Shown one piece after another: positions 60,330 through 64,000 of a stretch of DNA of 64,000 bases (position 1 is the stretch's first letter; each line of letters begins with the position of its first letter). The notes beneath the pieces were generated by a model. The model saw only the letters and a list, made by a program, of their open reading frames with translations, had not been told where the DNA came from and did not search any database. Location: assembly GCA_033763315.1 (NCBI GenBank), contig JANRKS010000034.1:160001-224000 (forward strand). The letters run 5' to 3'. A program made the translations under genes and the position numbers. The stretch comes from Deltaproteobacteria bacterium (GTDB taxonomy: Bacteria; Myxococcota_A; Polyangia; Fen-1088).

Positions 60330-61265
60330 GTGCCCAAGCGTGTGGCGGAGTCACTGCGTCTTGTGGTGGCCTTGGGTTTGTTGTTGTTGGTCTTCTCGGT
60401 GATGGCCGATCACTTCTTCACGAGCCGCACATTCAGCTCGGTGGCGAACCAAATCCCCTCCTTGCTGGTGGTGGCGGTTGGCATGACCTACGTCATCGTT
60501 CTGGGCGGAATCGATCTTTCGGTGGGCTCATTACTGGCGTTGTGCGGGGGCGTGATGGGCGTGGCCACCGCAGGGCTGCACTTGCCGTTGCCGCTGGCTG
60601 TGCTCATGTGTTTGGCGGTGGGCGCGGGCGTGGGCGCGGTGAACGGAATGGTGATGGTGCGCTGGAGGCTGCCCGCTTTCATCGTGACTTTGGGCATGCT
60701 GGAGATCGCTCGCGGTGGTGCCTATTTGGTCACGCATTCGCAAACGCAGTACATCGGGGCGTCCATTGAAAGCATCTCGGAGGTTGCGGTCTTGGGGCTT
60801 TCGTTGCCGTTCTTTTTGGCGCTGGCGTTGGTGTTTGCTGCGCAATGGACTTTGGATCGCACCGTGTTCGGACGTTATGTGGTGGCCACGGGAACGAATG
60901 AAGAGGCGGTGCGGCTCTCGGGCGTCGATACAAGCAAGATTCGCGTGGCCGTCTATACTTTGTGTGGTTTTCTGGCCGGTTTGGGCGCGATCATTCACAC
61001 CGCGCGGTTGGGAGCCGCCGATCCGAATGCGGGCGGAGGGCTTGAGCTGCAAGCGATCGCGGCGGTGGTTGTGGGCGGCACAAGTTTGATGGGCGGGCGA
61101 GGCTCAGTGGTGGGGACGCTGTTTGGTGTTCTGATCATCGCGGTCTTGGACACGGGGCTGGCGCAGGTGGGGGCACAGGAGCCAGCCAAGCGAGTGATCA
61201 CGGGGCTAGTTATTGTGGGAGCCGTCATCTTAGACAACTACCGTCATGGGCGTCGCCATGGTTAA
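60330..61265 (+). CDS. Sugar ABC transporter permease (RbsC-like)
   Basis: GGIDLSVGS, N.EAVRLSG, ELQAIAAVVVGGTSLMGG. Confidence 0.93.
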   Translation: MPKRVAESLRLVVALGLLLLVFSVMADHFFTSRTFSSVANQIPSLLVVAVGMTYVIVLGGIDLSVGSLLALCGGVMGVATAGLHLPLPLAVLMCLAVGAGVGAVNGMVMVRWRLPAFIVTLGMLEIARGGAYLVTHSQTQYIGASIESISEVAVLGLSLPFFLALALVFAAQWTLDRTVFGRYVVATGTNEEAVRLSGVDTSKIRVAVYTLCGFLAGLGAIIHTARLGAADPNAGGGLELQAIAAVVVGGTSLMGGRGSVVGTLFGVLIIAVLDTGLAQVGAQEPAKRVITGLVIVGAVILDNYRHGRRHG

Positions 61266-63060
61266 GCACAGAAGCAGGGTCAAACGGCGCACGCTGCTGT
61301 CAGCTGCCGTTGCGGCGATGACAGTCAAAGCGCGAGGCGCGCGGGCGGATTTTCCCGATGACCCCAGCAAAGATCCTGTGCGGCGCTGGGGCGCGGGTGC
61401 CACGCCGCTGTTGGCGGTGAGCCACGTCGGGTTCGTCCCGGGCGTGGGTCAAAAGAGTTTGGTTGTGCGCGCCAACGGGGCCACAGGGCCAACGCGCGTG
61501 GCGTTGTTCGATGCCCACCACAACACACAAAAACCGGGCGAGGAGCCCCTGCGCTGGTTGCCGCTTGCACCGGTGACGTGTGACTTCGGGCCGGCGCAAG
61601 TGGCTGAGCTTGGCAACGTGCCCGAGGGCCGGTACCACCTTTATCTGCCTGGCGCCAATGATGGTGAGTGGTCGCCCACCTTCTTCGTGGGGCCACGCGT
61701 GTGGCGCCGGTTGCTGCATTTGGCGGTCAACTATTACACCGCTCAAAAGTGCGGGGTGGCGGTGCCTGGGGTTCACCCGGCCTGCCATTTGGACGACGCG
61801 ATTGTTGAAGCCACCGGCAAACACGTGGATGCGGTTGGTGGATGGCACGACGCCGGTGATCACGTCAAACAGGCCGTGACGATCCTGAATGCGGTGGCGT
61901 TGGGCACCATGCTGCGCGATCTGCCGGCGTATAGCGGCGATGATCCCGATCGACGTTCCACCCTGGCTTTGCTTCGCCACGGCAACCGCGGGATCTTGGC
62001 GCAACAAGATCCAAGCGACGGTAAGGTGTGGGATCAAATCTTTCAAACGCGTTGGACCGACAACAAGATCGGCACCGCGGACGACCGTCGGCTTGAGACG
62101 CAAAAGACGATCTTCGGCAGCTGCATGTTCGCGGCCGCCCAAGGGTTGGTGTCACAAGCGTTTGCGCAAACGGATCGGGCGTATGCACAACGCTGCCTCA
62201 AAGTGGGCGAGAAAGCTTTGGCCGCGTATGCCGAGCCAAGCGCGCGCACAACGGGCCTTGCGTGGCAGGTGATGGCCGCCGTTGAACTGACACGCGCGGG
62301 CAGCCGCGCCGGCGTAGAGCGCGCGGTGGCCTTGGGGCGCGTCTTGGCCGCGCGCCAATCACATGCGGCCGGCACGAAGGGGTGTTTCCTCGACGCCGAC
62401 AAGACGTCTCCCATTCTCGGCGATCCCGGCGAGTGCGAAGTGACAGGAACGGCGATGCCAGCTTTGGCATTGCTCGCTCTCATTGAGCGCTGGCCCCGGC
62501 ACAGGGACGCGGGCGTGTGGCAAGACGCTGTGGCGGCCTATCTTGAGCACGTTGTGTTTGCGTTGTCGGCGCGCAATGCGTTTGCGGTCTTGCCGCTTTC
62601 CGTTTACACGCAGCCAGCGACCAAGGAAACCTATCGTCGCACCGAAGGGGGCGTGCTTTACCGATACTTCTTCCCGTCGCGCTTGAAGAAATGGTGGCAG
62701 GGCACCAATAGCCATTACGCCGCGCACGCGACGCTGTTGGCCCGTGCCGCGAAGCATCTGCCCGGTGTGGATGGCGGCCGCTGCATCAACCTGGCTTATC
62801 GACAACTTGAATGGATCGTGGGGCGCAATCCCTTTGGCGCTTCTATGATGTCGGGCGTGGGCGCGCGCAATCCATATCCCTATTCTGGGCAGGTGGGCAT
62901 GATCAACGGTGGCGTGATCAACGGCATCGCCGGCAACGATGCTGACGAACCCATCTTAGACACACGCTTCGCGATGGATTGGCGCACGACGGAATACTGG
63001 GGGCCGGGTGTTTCGTATTTGGTGAAAGCCATCACAGCGCTCGAAGGCGTGGCCGTTTAG
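61258..63060 (+). CDS. Tat-exported glycoside hydrolase family 9-like protein
   Basis: KRRTLL Tat motif, GGWHDAGD, WIVGRNPFG.S.M.GVG, DWRTTEYW. Confidence 0.8.
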   Translation: MVKHRSRVKRRTLLSAAVAAMTVKARGARADFPDDPSKDPVRRWGAGATPLLAVSHVGFVPGVGQKSLVVRANGATGPTRVALFDAHHNTQKPGEEPLRWLPLAPVTCDFGPAQVAELGNVPEGRYHLYLPGANDGEWSPTFFVGPRVWRRLLHLAVNYYTAQKCGVAVPGVHPACHLDDAIVEATGKHVDAVGGWHDAGDHVKQAVTILNAVALGTMLRDLPAYSGDDPDRRSTLALLRHGNRGILAQQDPSDGKVWDQIFQTRWTDNKIGTADDRRLETQKTIFGSCMFAAAQGLVSQAFAQTDRAYAQRCLKVGEKALAAYAEPSARTTGLAWQVMAAVELTRAGSRAGVERAVALGRVLAARQSHAAGTKGCFLDADKTSPILGDPGECEVTGTAMPALALLALIERWPRHRDAGVWQDAVAAYLEHVVFALSARNAFAVLPLSVYTQPATKETYRRTEGGVLYRYFFPSRLKKWWQGTNSHYAAHATLLARAAKHLPGVDGGRCINLAYRQLEWIVGRNPFGASMMSGVGARNPYPYSGQVGMINGGVINGIAGNDADEPILDTRFAMDWRTTEYWGPGVSYLVKAITALEGVAV

Positions 63061-63074
63061 GCGAGTGGCCGGCG

Positions 63075-64000
63075 CTACGTGCGTAGAACTTTTGCGTCGA
63101 TCAAATCGATCGGCGTCTCACGGTCGTCTGGCGTCGAATGCCCTTGCAACAATTCGAGCGCGTATTCGATGCCATACACAGCCAACGCGTCGGCGTGTTG
63201 ATCTGCGGTTGCCAAGACTTCGCCTGCCTTGATCAAACCTTGAACAGCGGCGATGTTGTCGAAGCCCACCACTTTGATGTCCCGCGCCTTTGAGGCGGCT
63301 TTCACCGCCGCGGCCACGCCCAACGCCATGTTGTCGTTGGCCACCATGAAACCCTTGATCTGTGGGTGTTGCGTCATGATCGCGTTTGCGATGTCATGGG
63401 CGCGCCCCATGTCCCAATTCGCGGCTTGCGAGACGAGCAACGTGAGCCCTGCGGCCTTGATGGCGTCCTCAAATCCGAGCCGCCGCGAGATGGCACTGAA
63501 GGCGGTGGGCATTCCTTCGATGATGGCCACGGGCGCGGACGGCGGCAGCTGCTGCGCCAACGCGCGCCCCACCAAGGCGGCGCCCTTGCGGTTGTCGGGC
63601 CCAACGTAGGGAATCTTCAGACGCCGTGCGGATAACACGTTGGCGTCGAGACGATCCACGATGTTTACCACCACCACGCCCGCACGCATGGCGCGCCGGC
63701 ATGAGGCGATGAGAGCGCGCGCGTCCGCGGGCACAATCACGAGCGCGTCCGCGCCCATGGCCACCGTTTGATCAACGAGATCACTTTGGCGGGCGACATC
63801 CTGTTCGTCCTTAATGCCGTTGATGATGAGCTCGTATTGCCGCGCGTGCTGTGCTTGATGCTTGCGCGCGCCTTCGGCCATCGTTGTGTAAAACTCGTTG
63901 GCGAGCGACTTCATGACTAAGCCAATGCGACGAGGCGCGCCTGCCTTCGGTTGCCGGGTGTGGCAGCCCAAAAGAGCAAGCGCCGGGGCGCTGTACAAAA
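63075..64000 (-). CDS. Sugar ABC substrate-binding lipoprotein (RbsB-like); start probably beyond the window end
   Basis: LALLGC, KSLANEF, YVGPDN, ANDNMALG, VVGFD. Confidence 0.9.
   Translation of the reverse strand, partial: LYSAPALALLGCHTRQPKAGAPRRIGLVMKSLANEFYTTMAEGARKHQAQHARQYELIINGIKDEQDVARQSDLVDQTVAMGADALVIVPADARALIASCRRAMRAGVVVVNIVDRLDANVLSARRLKIPYVGPDNRKGAALVGRALAQQLPPSAPVAIIEGMPTAFSAISRRLGFEDAIKAAGLTLLVSQAANWDMGRAHDIANAIMTQHPQIKGFMVANDNMALGVAAAVKAASKARDIKVVGFDNIAAVQGLIKAGEVLATADQHADALAVYGIEYALELLQGHSTPDDRETPIDLIDAKVLRT

Overview
GC-rich (roughly 60-65%) bacterial chromosomal window, most consistent with Myxococcota/Deltaproteobacteria (inferred from a triple-DsbA protein, FHA-GGDEF, PilZ/TPR/PEGA proteins and sigma54-like elements). 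It is mostly housekeeping (tRNA-Phe, queC, pcnB, glnD, guaB-guaA, mutS, rpsT, holA, mutY, oxyR-trxC), with accessory modules (AraC/DMT/SDR/aminotransferase, a propeller sensor kinase with NarL-type regulator, a heme-c/copper monooxygenase, a sugar ABC transporter with GH9). I saw no CRISPR array, integrase, transposase or prophage. The most notable signals are absent from the ORF track: (1) a 43-aa (KKA)7 histone/protamine-like microprotein behind a near-consensus sigma70 promoter and a ~270-nt structured leader; (2) three perfect co-oriented DnaA boxes between convergent queC and pcnB, interleaved with a recurring CAATGA/TCATTG motif; (3) a 45-aa MGKGD-starting basic peptide resembling ribosomal protein bTHX; (4) a recurring leaderless-mRNA architecture; (5) an adenylate-forming pseudoenzyme. 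All functional calls come from motif recognition by eye; no searches were run.
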